A DNA stretch of 64,000 bases from the IMG/VR virus record IMGVR_UViG_3300026479_000007, positions 62,001-126,000 of that record; one strand, written 5' to 3'. The first letter of the stretch is position 1; each line of letters starts with the position of its first letter. Made by a program: the position numbers and the translations under genes. This document shows positions 45,508 to 53,948 of this stretch, one piece after another. The notes beneath the pieces are model-generated. The model had not been told where the DNA came from. It did no database searches and saw nothing but the letters and a program-made list of their open reading frames with translations. This DNA comes from an uncultured virus (IMG/VR IMGVR_UViG_3300026479_000007). Lineage: Duplodnaviria; Heunggongvirae; Uroviricota; Caudoviricetes.

Positions 45508-46179
45508 TTAAATTCTTAAATCGTAATTATTTTTATCAAATTTTAAATTTAATTTATTGCAATAATCAATTACCATCTCTCTACTTTCTTTTGAAGCTGA
45601 AAAATTAGAATGAGCTTTTAGTTGATTAAAAATTAATTCATTATTTTTTATATTAAAACCTAAAGTCAGTCTTTCCCAAGATTTTTTGTTATAAAATTTA
45701 AAGGCTACATAATCACCATCTGTTATTTTATATCTATATGTAGAAATACAATGATTCATATATCTCCCCTCCCAGTCAAGTTCTTTCAATTTTTTTATAG
45801 GACTAACAATATAATCATCTGTATCAATAGAAAGATTAATAAAATCTTCTAATTGTTTCTCATACTGTTTAGTTAAATATAAATCTGAGTTAACTTTAAA
45901 TTTTTTTGTTAAATTATGATGAAAACCTAATAAATCTTCTTTTTCAATCTCTAATAATTCATCAACATTTCTATCTTCCATAATAGAAAGAGTCGTATAT
46001 GTATCTAAATAATATTCAAACAACAATTCATTATACATTTTTTTAGAAATAATATTTTCTAAATGATTATCAGGAATTGGAAATTCTTCACCATAATTTT
46101 CTTCAATATAATTAAAAAAAGATTTTAAAGCTTCTTTATCTTTTTTATTATCAACATTAATTATATAATCTTTATTCAT
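45508..46179 (-). CDS. PcfJ domain protein
   Basis: PIKKLKELDWEGRYMNHCISTY...RLTLG...NQLKAHSN. Confidence 0.75.
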   Translation of the reverse strand: MNKDYIINVDNKKDKEALKSFFNYIEENYGEEFPIPDNHLENIISKKMYNELLFEYYLDTYTTLSIMEDRNVDELLEIEKEDLLGFHHNLTKKFKVNSDLYLTKQYEKQLEDFINLSIDTDDYIVSPIKKLKELDWEGRYMNHCISTYRYKITDGDYVAFKFYNKKSWERLTLGFNIKNNELIFNQLKAHSNFSASKESREMVIDYCNKLNLKFDKNNYDLRI

Positions 46180-46211
46180 TCCCCTAAAATATTACTCCTT
46201 AAAAATAAACA

Positions 46212-46242
46212 CAAATATAACCAAATAGATTGTTTTTTCCAA
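46212..46242 (-). promoter_or_regulatory. Bacteroidota-type promoter (TTG-N20-TATATTTG)
   Basis: Exact TAnnTTTG upstream of ATG 46179; back-to-back with TATTTAT at 46244 on the + strand. Confidence 0.55.
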
Positions 46243-46267
46243 CTATTTATATATAAAAAATAAAATT

Positions 46268-46525
46268 ATGAATATAAAAGCGAACTATAAAGTTATTCCT
46301 TTAGTGGGTACTATGGATTTAAATGATTTAGGAGATGGTATTACAGGTTCTAGTGTTCATCAAGTTTATTGTCTTTCAGATGGTTCAATTGATATAACAG
46401 CTTTAGGTGGTGGAACTTTTACTTGGAGTGGTACAACAAATAGTTCTATAGATGTTGTAGTTAAATCAATTAATGTTAATAGTGGAACTTTTATAGGTTT
46501 TAAATCAAAAAGTAACATTTATTAA
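46268..46525 (+). CDS. Small beta-rich virion protein
   Basis: 85 aa; first gene of the neck operon, TATTTAT at 46244-46250. Confidence 0.6.
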   Translation: MNIKANYKVIPLVGTMDLNDLGDGITGSSVHQVYCLSDGSIDITALGGGTFTWSGTTNSSIDVVVKSINVNSGTFIGFKSKSNIY

Positions 46526-46555
46526 TTTTATTTATTGAATTAAAAAAAAGATAAT

Positions 46556-47785
46556 ATGAGTCAAGGTTTTGGGTATTGTGAAATTATTTCTGAAGGTTGT
46601 TTAGAAGGAATGACTGACCAACAAATTTCTAGAATTTATAGAAGAATTAGAAGAAAGTTGGGTGAGCCTGTTATGGGTGTTGAATTAGAAGATGAACAAT
46701 TAGAAGAATGTTTATGTGAAGCTATTGAAGAATATTCTTCTTATATACATCAATGGGCTTTAGAAAATAGACTTTCACAAATGTTAGGTTTGCCTAGTGA
46801 TATAGATTTTACTTTAAAATTTGTTTCACAAAATTTTGGTTTTGAAAAAACATTCTCAACTGCTTATGCTGAACAAGTAAGTGGTCTTGGGGGTATGAAC
46901 AGTAATAGGGAGTTGAAGTTAGGAAATATTCCCCTAACAGCTGGTACACAAGATTACATAATTCCTGCAGGTCAAGAAATAAATGAAGTTCTTTGGTTTA
47001 CTCCTAACTTTATAAATTTATTTGGTTTAGACCCTTTTGCAAATTCAAATATAGCTTTTTCTGAATTTGGAGCTTCTTTTGCTGGTCACACATTATACCA
47101 TGTGATGCCAGTATATGACACTATTTTAACAGCTCAAGCTGCTGAATTAAGAAATAAAGTTAGAGGTTCTGAATATTCATACAGGGTTAGAGGAGGTGCA
47201 AATGGGACTAAAGTAATTTCTTTATATCCTATACCTAGAATAAACACTACTACAGGTCTTGGTGCTTCCAATATGGGTATTGGTGGAGGTGCTGGTACTC
47301 CAGGAACTATGTTTTATTATTATTATGATAAAATAGGAATTGGTGGTAATGATGCTTTTAGTGGAAATACTGCAAATCCAGGATTTACAGGTAGTACAAA
47401 TTCAGTAGACGGTTTACAAAATCAAGGTAATGGTTTAGTTTCTGGCCCTTCTGATGCTGTTTTATATAATTTAAGATTTAATGAATTAAATGACCCAGCA
47501 AAAACATGGGTTAAAAAATATGCACAAGCTAATGCGAAAGAATTGTTAGGAATTGGTGTTAGAGGTAAATTTTCAGGTGAATTACCAATACCAGATGCTT
47601 CTCTAACAATGAATCATGCAGATTTAATATCTAATGGTAAAGAAGATATGAAAACTTTAAAAGAGGAGTTAAGAGATTTATTAGATAGATTAAATTATAA
47701 ATCTTTATTAGAAAACAATGCATTAATGCAAGAGTATGTAAACAAAACTTTAGGTTATGGTCCACTTCCTATTTATTTAGGTTAA
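46556..47785 (+). CDS. Neck protein, T4 gp13-like
   Basis: RRKLGEPVMGVELEDEQL..C..EA N-terminus; WVKKYAQANAKELLG..RGKF C-terminus. Confidence 0.8.
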   Translation: MSQGFGYCEIISEGCLEGMTDQQISRIYRRIRRKLGEPVMGVELEDEQLEECLCEAIEEYSSYIHQWALENRLSQMLGLPSDIDFTLKFVSQNFGFEKTFSTAYAEQVSGLGGMNSNRELKLGNIPLTAGTQDYIIPAGQEINEVLWFTPNFINLFGLDPFANSNIAFSEFGASFAGHTLYHVMPVYDTILTAQAAELRNKVRGSEYSYRVRGGANGTKVISLYPIPRINTTTGLGASNMGIGGGAGTPGTMFYYYYDKIGIGGNDAFSGNTANPGFTGSTNSVDGLQNQGNGLVSGPSDAVLYNLRFNELNDPAKTWVKKYAQANAKELLGIGVRGKFSGELPIPDASLTMNHADLISNGKEDMKTLKEELRDLLDRLNYKSLLENNALMQEYVNKTLGYGPLPIYLG

Positions 47786-47799
47786 TTAAATGATATTTT

Positions 47800-48363
47800 A
47801 TGTCTAGAAATAAAGGAAATAATAATAGAGACAGGTTATTAAATAGAAATCAAAAAAAACCTGCTGAAGCAAGAGAGATGGATAATTCCCAAAAGGGGAT
47901 TAAAAAATTTTTTGGCGAAAAAGAAAGAAGATTTTTTGAAAGTTCAGGAAGAGAAATAACTGAAGAGATATTACAAGAATCTTTCATTTTATATAGAATA
48001 GATTATCAAAAGACAAGAACTCACGATTTGTATGGCGAATCTAAAAAGAAAGTTCATTTAACTCCTGTTGAAGTTTTCGGAAGAATTAACGTAGAATCTC
48101 AGTCTCCAAATTATATTGCACCAGGTGGATTAATAAGAAGGGGATATGGTAAATTAACTGCTAGCATATATCTTACACATTTAGATGAATTAGATGCTGA
48201 AATAAGAGTAGGTGACTTTGTTTATCATAAAGGTAACTATTATGAAGTAACAGATGATGGTAGTTCAAATATAGATAATAAACATTCTTGGGGTGGTGAT
48301 AAATTATTCTCAATTACAATCATAGCTGTTGAGGTAAACAGTGATGTTTTTAATGCAAGATAA
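47800..48363 (+). CDS. Neck/head closure protein, T4 gp14-like
   Basis: DLYGES, IRVGDFVYH..YYEV; follows the gp13-like gene. Confidence 0.7.
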   Translation: MSRNKGNNNRDRLLNRNQKKPAEAREMDNSQKGIKKFFGEKERRFFESSGREITEEILQESFILYRIDYQKTRTHDLYGESKKKVHLTPVEVFGRINVESQSPNYIAPGGLIRRGYGKLTASIYLTHLDELDAEIRVGDFVYHKGNYYEVTDDGSSNIDNKHSWGGDKLFSITIIAVEVNSDVFNAR

Positions 48364-48461
48364 TTTTCAAAAAAATATTAACAAAAATAAAACATATAGT
48401 TTACTGTATAAGATATTAACTCGCCGTATGTTAGTAAAATAAAATGCACACACAAAAAAAA

Positions 48462-49241
48462 TTATAATACTTCAACTGAAAAACCAACATTTTTCAAAAT
48501 AGAAGATTCTTTTACACTATAAAAATGTTTACCTTTTATTAAATTGCCATTTTTGCATAAATGTTCAAAGTCTTCTTTTTTACAATTTTCTAAAACTTTC
48601 ATTTGTTTCTTTTTTATATTTAACAAGCCCATCCTAACCATTTTTTTTAGTTGGTTATAACCTGTCATTTTAGTTTTATCTAACATATCACCAATTGTAT
48701 CACAGCATATAAAAGTATCAAACATTATCCTTTCACTCGCAATTGACCTTTGTAAAAAATCTGGATTAACTCCACTTTTATTTAACTTGTTTAATTGGTC
48801 TCTTTTCCGCATAAGCGAGTTGGACTTTCCTTTGATAGTATATCTCTGTTTATTGAGATTGTTAATTAAAACTTTAGAATAAAATCTAGTTTTAATATCT
48901 TGTACATTTTCAGAATCACGAAATATTATAGAACCACATTTACTATTATGGTTTACTCCGTATTTTTTTGAAATTTTTTCTATTGAAGAAAAGGTGATAT
49001 TTGTACCCCCTTTTTTATTTTTTACAATTTTTATAATTTCCATTTCTTCCATTTTTTTTAAATGGAATTTTATAGAATTAGGAGAAACGCCTATAAGTCT
49101 AGCAGCTTTTCTTAATGAAAAATTATAAATAGTAGAATTTGAGTATAAGTATTTTAATTTAACAAAATAAGAAAAAGTTAAAATCTCTTCAGATTTTATC
49201 AATTTATTTATTAAGTTATGTGTAATTCTTACTCTCTTCAA
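48462..49241 (-). CDS. Basic DNA-binding protein with two winged HTH-like motifs
   Basis: SLRKAARLIGVSPNSIKFHLKKMEEMEII and CDTIGDMLDKTKMTGYNQLKKMVRMGLL; TTG start uncertain. Confidence 0.6.
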   Translation of the reverse strand: MKRVRITHNLINKLIKSEEILTFSYFVKLKYLYSNSTIYNFSLRKAARLIGVSPNSIKFHLKKMEEMEIIKIVKNKKGGTNITFSSIEKISKKYGVNHNSKCGSIIFRDSENVQDIKTRFYSKVLINNLNKQRYTIKGKSNSLMRKRDQLNKLNKSGVNPDFLQRSIASERIMFDTFICCDTIGDMLDKTKMTGYNQLKKMVRMGLLNIKKKQMKVLENCKKEDFEHLCKNGNLIKGKHFYSVKESSILKNVGFSVEVL

Positions 49242-49256
49242 TTTAAAAACTTTTTG

Positions 49257-49288
49257 CGAATATATACATAATTTATTTTAAAATCAAA
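49257..49288 (-). promoter_or_regulatory. Bacteroidota-type promoter (TTTG-N20-TATATTCG)
   Basis: Upstream of the wHTH gene; one mismatch in the -7 element. Confidence 0.45.
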
Positions 49289-49341
49289 TGTTTAATTAAA
49301 ATTATATAATATTTATTATAAAAAAGATAAAATAAAAATAA

Positions 49342-50058
49342 ATGTCTATACAAAAAAATATTAATGATAATCTTGATGATAGTTTTAAAAATAATAATTA
49401 TTTACCTCAAAAACTTTTATTAGAAGATGTTGATAGGGGTATGAGAGATTTCATTTATGATTTAAATATTACTGTTGAAGATGCAGAAGGTAAAGACATA
49501 AGAGTTCCAGTTATATTTTTAACACAAGAAAGGTGGGCTGAATTTAAAATGAACTGGAAATATCTTAAAGATGAAAGTGGAGAGGAGATAAGAATGCCTT
49601 TTATGACTATGAGGAGAAAGTCAGTAAAAAAAGGTACAGCTCCATTAAGGAGAACTGTACCAAAAAAATTAAAATTTAATTATGTTAAAGTTCCTAGTAC
49701 AGATGGAGTGCTGGGGGGTTATGAAATTTTTAAAATTCCACAACCTACTTGGGTGGATGTAGAATATGAATTAAGATTTTTAACTCATTATATGCAAGAT
49801 GTAAATATTTCATATGAAAAAATGTTAGAAGAAGGTTTTTCTGACGGACAAGGTTATATGAAAATTAATGGTTATAATGTACCAGCTATTTTAGGAGACC
49901 CTAGTGAAGATAACACTGTAGATAGTATAGATTCAGATAGATTTTTTCAATTAGTATATCCTTTAACGGTACATTCTAGAATCGTAGACCCAAAGAAATT
50001 CGAGAGAGTTCAGACAATTACAAAAATTTCTATACAAATTCGTGAGGACGAATGTTAG
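49342..50058 (+). CDS. Tail terminator/sheath stabiliser, T4 gp15-like
   Basis: RVPVIF..ERW, IRMPFM, P.WVDVEYEL; immediately before the sheath gene. Confidence 0.7.
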   Translation: MSIQKNINDNLDDSFKNNNYLPQKLLLEDVDRGMRDFIYDLNITVEDAEGKDIRVPVIFLTQERWAEFKMNWKYLKDESGEEIRMPFMTMRRKSVKKGTAPLRRTVPKKLKFNYVKVPSTDGVLGGYEIFKIPQPTWVDVEYELRFLTHYMQDVNISYEKMLEEGFSDGQGYMKINGYNVPAILGDPSEDNTVDSIDSDRFFQLVYPLTVHSRIVDPKKFERVQTITKISIQIREDEC

Positions 50059-50076
50059 TTTTGAATTTTTTTATCC

Positions 50077-50083
50077 TATTTAT
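50077..50083 (+). promoter_or_regulatory. Candidate late promoter TATTTAT
   Basis: Upstream of the tail sheath gene. Confidence 0.5.
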
Positions 50084-50124
50084 TGTAAAACTGTATAAAT
50101 TTAAAATTAAAAAATAATAATCAG

Positions 50125-52458
50125 ATGGCAACTATATTCGTATCGCCCGGCGTTTACACAAAAGAGCAAGATTTTTCGGTATTCGCATCAAGAGTTGGTT
50201 TAACTAAGTTAGGCCTTGTTGGATTAACACAAAAAGGACCAGCATTTGAACCAATTAGTATTAGAAGTACTGATGAGTTTTTGTTTAGATTTGGAGGAAC
50301 AAATTCAAGTTTACAATTACCTTATGTAGCAAACGCTTTTTTAACACAATCTAATGAATTAACTGTAACTAGAGTTTTAGGAAAAGAAGGTTTTACCGAT
50401 TCTAATGCATGGATTATCACAGCAACATCTCCTACTGGAGGAACAATAGATGATGGAGCTATTATTGCTGTAATAAAAAGTAAATCAGATGATGAAGGAA
50501 ATACTTTTTTACACAATATTGCAACTGACTTAGAAAAGGGAGTATCTTCATCTCCTTTAGGAAGTTTTGTATTAAGTGCTTCAACAGGGCCTTTTTCTGC
50601 AAATACTTTAACAGTTTCTTTAGATGAAAGTAGAGAAGATTATATTGTTAATGTTATAGGTAAAAATCCTAAAAAATTATCAGGAGATTATGGCATTTAT
50701 GTAGAATCTATTTATCCTCATTTTTTAAGACAAGCAGTAGCTGAAGGTTCAATAACAGGAATTTCAGATTCTATAACTTTTTCAACTGATTCAACTTATA
50801 CAGATTTTGCTGGACCTTACACTAATCCAGAGACACCTTATATTGTTTCTAATTTAGTTGGTGGTCAAGTTAGAAAATTATTTAAATTTCAATCTATTTC
50901 TGATGGAGATTCTGCGAATAGAGAAATTAAGATATCTATATCAAATATAGATACAATCACAAAAACTTTTGATGTAATAATTAGAGATTTTAACGATAAT
51001 GATTCAGCAGCTTTTCAAACAGCTTTAGAGAGATTTAGAGGTGTTACTATGGACCCTACTCAAAGAAATTATATTGCTAGAGTAATTGGTACTACTGATG
51101 AAGAATATCCTAGACAATCTGTATTTGTAACGTTAGATATGCAAGAAGGACATCCTTCAAATGTTGTTCCAGCAGGTTTTGAAGGATATAGTCAAGTAGA
51201 GGTAGAAACTGGAACTACTGCAACACCTTTATATTATAAAACATCTTATTTATCAGGAGATTCTGTAAATAAAACTTTCTTAGGTATTTCAGAATTAGCT
51301 TACACTGAATTTACTGCAGATAAAGTTACTTTTTCTAATGTTATTAATACTGTTGAAGCAGATATGTTTAAGTATGTAGGAACTGGAAGTGCTGGAAAAG
51401 TTGTAGTACCTGGTTTTCACTTAGAATCTGGAGCACCTTCAACGTTTGTTTCTGGAAGTTTAACTTTAAGTGGTTACACTAAAGCAGAAAGAAAGTTCAC
51501 ACTTGCTCCTGCTGGAGGTTTTGATGGTTGGAATAAATTTAGAACTCCTACATTTACAACAAATATTTCAGACACTTCTAATAGAACGGCTTTTAAAGAA
51601 GCGATAGATATCTTCACTAACCCAGAAGAAGTTGATGTTAACTTATTTGCTACTCCAGGTATTGATTACGGAAATAACCAAGAATTAGTTAAGTATGCTT
51701 TAGGAAAGATAGAAGATAGAGCTGATACTTTATATATAATTGATGCTCCTAGGTTAACTACAGATACAGCAAAAGGTACTCCAGAAGAAGCCGTTTTAGC
51801 AATGCAAGACACAGGTATTGATTCAAATTATGCAGCAACTTATTGGCCTTGGGTACAAATTGAAGACCAATCAACTGGACAATTTTTATATTTACCTCCT
51901 ACAGCTGAAGTTGTTAAATCAATCGCTTTAACAGATAATGTATCATTCCCTTGGTTTGCACCTGCTGGTATAAATAGAGGTACTGTTGGAGATTCTGTAA
52001 GAAAAGCAGATATTAAATTGAGTCAAACTGATAGAGATTCATTATATGAAGGAAGAATTAATCCAATCGCCACATTTGTTCAAAATGGAGTGGTAATTTA
52101 TGGACAAAAAACACTTCAAATTAGACAGTCTGCTCTTGATAGAATTAGTGTAAGAAGATTATTGTTACAAATTAGAAGAGTAGTAGCTGCAACATCTCAA
52201 ACTTTATTGTTTGAGCAAAATGACCAAACTTTAAGAGACCAATTCTTATCTAAAGTAGAACCTTTATTATTACAAATTCAAAATCAAAGAGGTTTAACTG
52301 GATTTAGAGTTATAATGGATGAAACAAATAATCCACCAGAGGTTGTAGATAGAAATACTTTAGTTGGTAAAATTCAATTGAAACCTACAAGAACTGCTGA
52401 GTTTATAGATTTAACTTTTCAAGTTTTACCTACTGGAGCTAGATTCGAAGATTTTTAA
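50125..52458 (+). CDS. gp18: Tail sheath protein
   Basis: SPGVYTKEQD, KGPAFEP, YWPW, WFAPAGINRG, INPI, GQKTLQ, DRISVRRLL, PTRTAEFI. Confidence 0.95.
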   Translation: MATIFVSPGVYTKEQDFSVFASRVGLTKLGLVGLTQKGPAFEPISIRSTDEFLFRFGGTNSSLQLPYVANAFLTQSNELTVTRVLGKEGFTDSNAWIITATSPTGGTIDDGAIIAVIKSKSDDEGNTFLHNIATDLEKGVSSSPLGSFVLSASTGPFSANTLTVSLDESREDYIVNVIGKNPKKLSGDYGIYVESIYPHFLRQAVAEGSITGISDSITFSTDSTYTDFAGPYTNPETPYIVSNLVGGQVRKLFKFQSISDGDSANREIKISISNIDTITKTFDVIIRDFNDNDSAAFQTALERFRGVTMDPTQRNYIARVIGTTDEEYPRQSVFVTLDMQEGHPSNVVPAGFEGYSQVEVETGTTATPLYYKTSYLSGDSVNKTFLGISELAYTEFTADKVTFSNVINTVEADMFKYVGTGSAGKVVVPGFHLESGAPSTFVSGSLTLSGYTKAERKFTLAPAGGFDGWNKFRTPTFTTNISDTSNRTAFKEAIDIFTNPEEVDVNLFATPGIDYGNNQELVKYALGKIEDRADTLYIIDAPRLTTDTAKGTPEEAVLAMQDTGIDSNYAATYWPWVQIEDQSTGQFLYLPPTAEVVKSIALTDNVSFPWFAPAGINRGTVGDSVRKADIKLSQTDRDSLYEGRINPIATFVQNGVVIYGQKTLQIRQSALDRISVRRLLLQIRRVVAATSQTLLFEQNDQTLRDQFLSKVEPLLLQIQNQRGLTGFRVIMDETNNPPEVVDRNTLVGKIQLKPTRTAEFIDLTFQVLPTGARFEDF

Positions 52459-52495
52459 CTTTTTAAATATTAAGAATTTACAAATTTATAAAAAT

Positions 52496-52523
52496 AAAGG
52501 GAGCTATTTAGTTCCCTTTTTTT
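52496..52523 (+). terminator. Intrinsic terminator after sheath
   Basis: AAAGGGAGCTA-TT-TAGTTCCCTTT plus T-tract. Confidence 0.8.
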
Positions 52524-52598
52524 ATTGGTGAATTTTAAATTTTATAGAAATAAATTAAAAAAAAAATTAAATATAATCAAATAATTTTTTTTGTTTAA

Positions 52599-52605
52599 TA
52601 TTTAT
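52599..52605 (+). promoter_or_regulatory. Candidate late promoter TATTTAT
   Basis: Between the sheath terminator and the tube ATG. Confidence 0.5.
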
Positions 52606-52636
52606 AAGTAATTAAAATAATAAAAACAAGTTTAAG

Positions 52637-53125
52637 ATGGCTACAATGTTTAGACCAGTTCCTGTAGACCAGGAACCTAAAAGAAAAAATAGATTCGTAT
52701 TGGAATTTCCTTCTGAATTAGGTATTGAATCATTTAATGTTCAAACTTCTGGAAAACCTACGATAGAAATTAATAGTACTGAAATTCAATATATGAACAC
52801 TAGTACATACGTTGCTGGTAGATACAAATGGTCAGCAATTGATATTGAATTTATTGATGTTATCGGACCATCAACAACTCAAAAAGTGATGGAATGGGTA
52901 AGATTACATGCTGAATCTGCAACTGGTAGAATGGGTTATGCAGTAGGATACAAAAAGAATTTAGTTTTAAAAGCTCTTGACCCTGTTGGTGTTGAAGTTG
53001 AAAAGTGGACTTTAATAGGTTGTTTTATTACAAATGCTTCTTTTGATAGTTATGATTATGGTTCAGATGATATTTCAAAAGTTAAAATCAATGTTCAACC
53101 AGACAGATGTCTTCTTAGTGCTTAA
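52637..53125 (+). CDS. gp19: Tail tube protein (T4 gp19-like)
   Basis: EPKRKNRF, AGRYKW, EWVRL..ESATG, LDPVG..VEKWTL.G; follows the sheath gene. Confidence 0.9.
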   Translation: MATMFRPVPVDQEPKRKNRFVLEFPSELGIESFNVQTSGKPTIEINSTEIQYMNTSTYVAGRYKWSAIDIEFIDVIGPSTTQKVMEWVRLHAESATGRMGYAVGYKKNLVLKALDPVGVEVEKWTLIGCFITNASFDSYDYGSDDISKVKINVQPDRCLLSA

Positions 53126-53147
53126 AACATATATAAATAAATTTTTT

Positions 53148-53182
53148 AAAAAGGAGATTGTTTTAATACAGTCTCCTTTTTT
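53148..53182 (+). terminator. Intrinsic terminator after tube
   Basis: AAAAAGGAGATTG-loop-CAGTCTCCTTTTTT. Confidence 0.8.
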
Positions 53183-53220
53183 GTTACTATTTATTTGTGA
53201 GGAAATATCTTTTTTTGATT

Positions 53221-53583
53221 ATGGCTTATTTAAGACTTTATAGAGATTTTTATTGTATCAATATAACCACTTTAAGTGGAGAAACATATGATTTAATAAA
53301 TGTAGAAGAAATATCTGGTTATGTAACAATAGAAGGAGATTCTATTGTTATAGAGAGTCCTGAAGTTATAAATGATTCTTTAGGAAGGTATTATGTAAAT
53401 TTATCCCCAGGTTTATACAATATTGATGATATATATGAAATGAATTGGGTTTTAAAATATACAGTAGATAGTCCAGAAAAGAGACTTATAACAAGATTTA
53501 AATTAAGCCCTGTTGTAGTTGGTCAAAATATTGACATAAGACTTGAAAATCAAGAAGTAAGATTAGAAATAGTTAATAATTAA
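53221..53583 (+). CDS. Virion structural protein (Ig-like)
   Basis: ATG 53221 preferred over GTG 53197; SLGRYYVNL motif similar to TKGVYYVDV in the 4124 protein. Confidence 0.6.
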   Translation: MAYLRLYRDFYCINITTLSGETYDLINVEEISGYVTIEGDSIVIESPEVINDSLGRYYVNLSPGLYNIDDIYEMNWVLKYTVDSPEKRLITRFKLSPVVVGQNIDIRLENQEVRLEIVNN

Positions 53584-53587
53584 AAGT

Positions 53588-53947
53588 ATGGCAAGAGGAG
53601 AAAAACCATTTATTATAAAAAGAAATGATACAGCACCAGCTTTGATAGCTACCGTTTATGATAAAGGTTGTTTAGGAGGTTGGAATAGATTGAATTTAAG
53701 TGCTGTAACTAAAGTTGAATTTTCTATGGTAGATGATTGTGGAGCTTTAGTTATATCTTCTAAAGTAGCTCAAGTAATTTCTAATGACTCTGGTATAATA
53801 CAATATCAATGGGTAGAAGGAGATACTGCTATTTCTGGAAATTTTATTGGTGAATTTGAATTGTTTTTTGCAAATGGAACAAAGATGTCTTTACCTAGAG
53901 AAGGAGGTATAAGTATTAAAATTGAAGAAGATATAAATAATATATAA
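53588..53947 (+). CDS. BppU N-terminal-like baseplate/fibre adaptor
   Basis: FIIKRNDTAPAL...GIIQYQW..GDT..SG.F.GEFEL.F..G...LP. Confidence 0.7.
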   Translation: MARGEKPFIIKRNDTAPALIATVYDKGCLGGWNRLNLSAVTKVEFSMVDDCGALVISSKVAQVISNDSGIIQYQWVEGDTAISGNFIGEFELFFANGTKMSLPREGGISIKIEEDINNI

Positions 53948-53948
53948 A

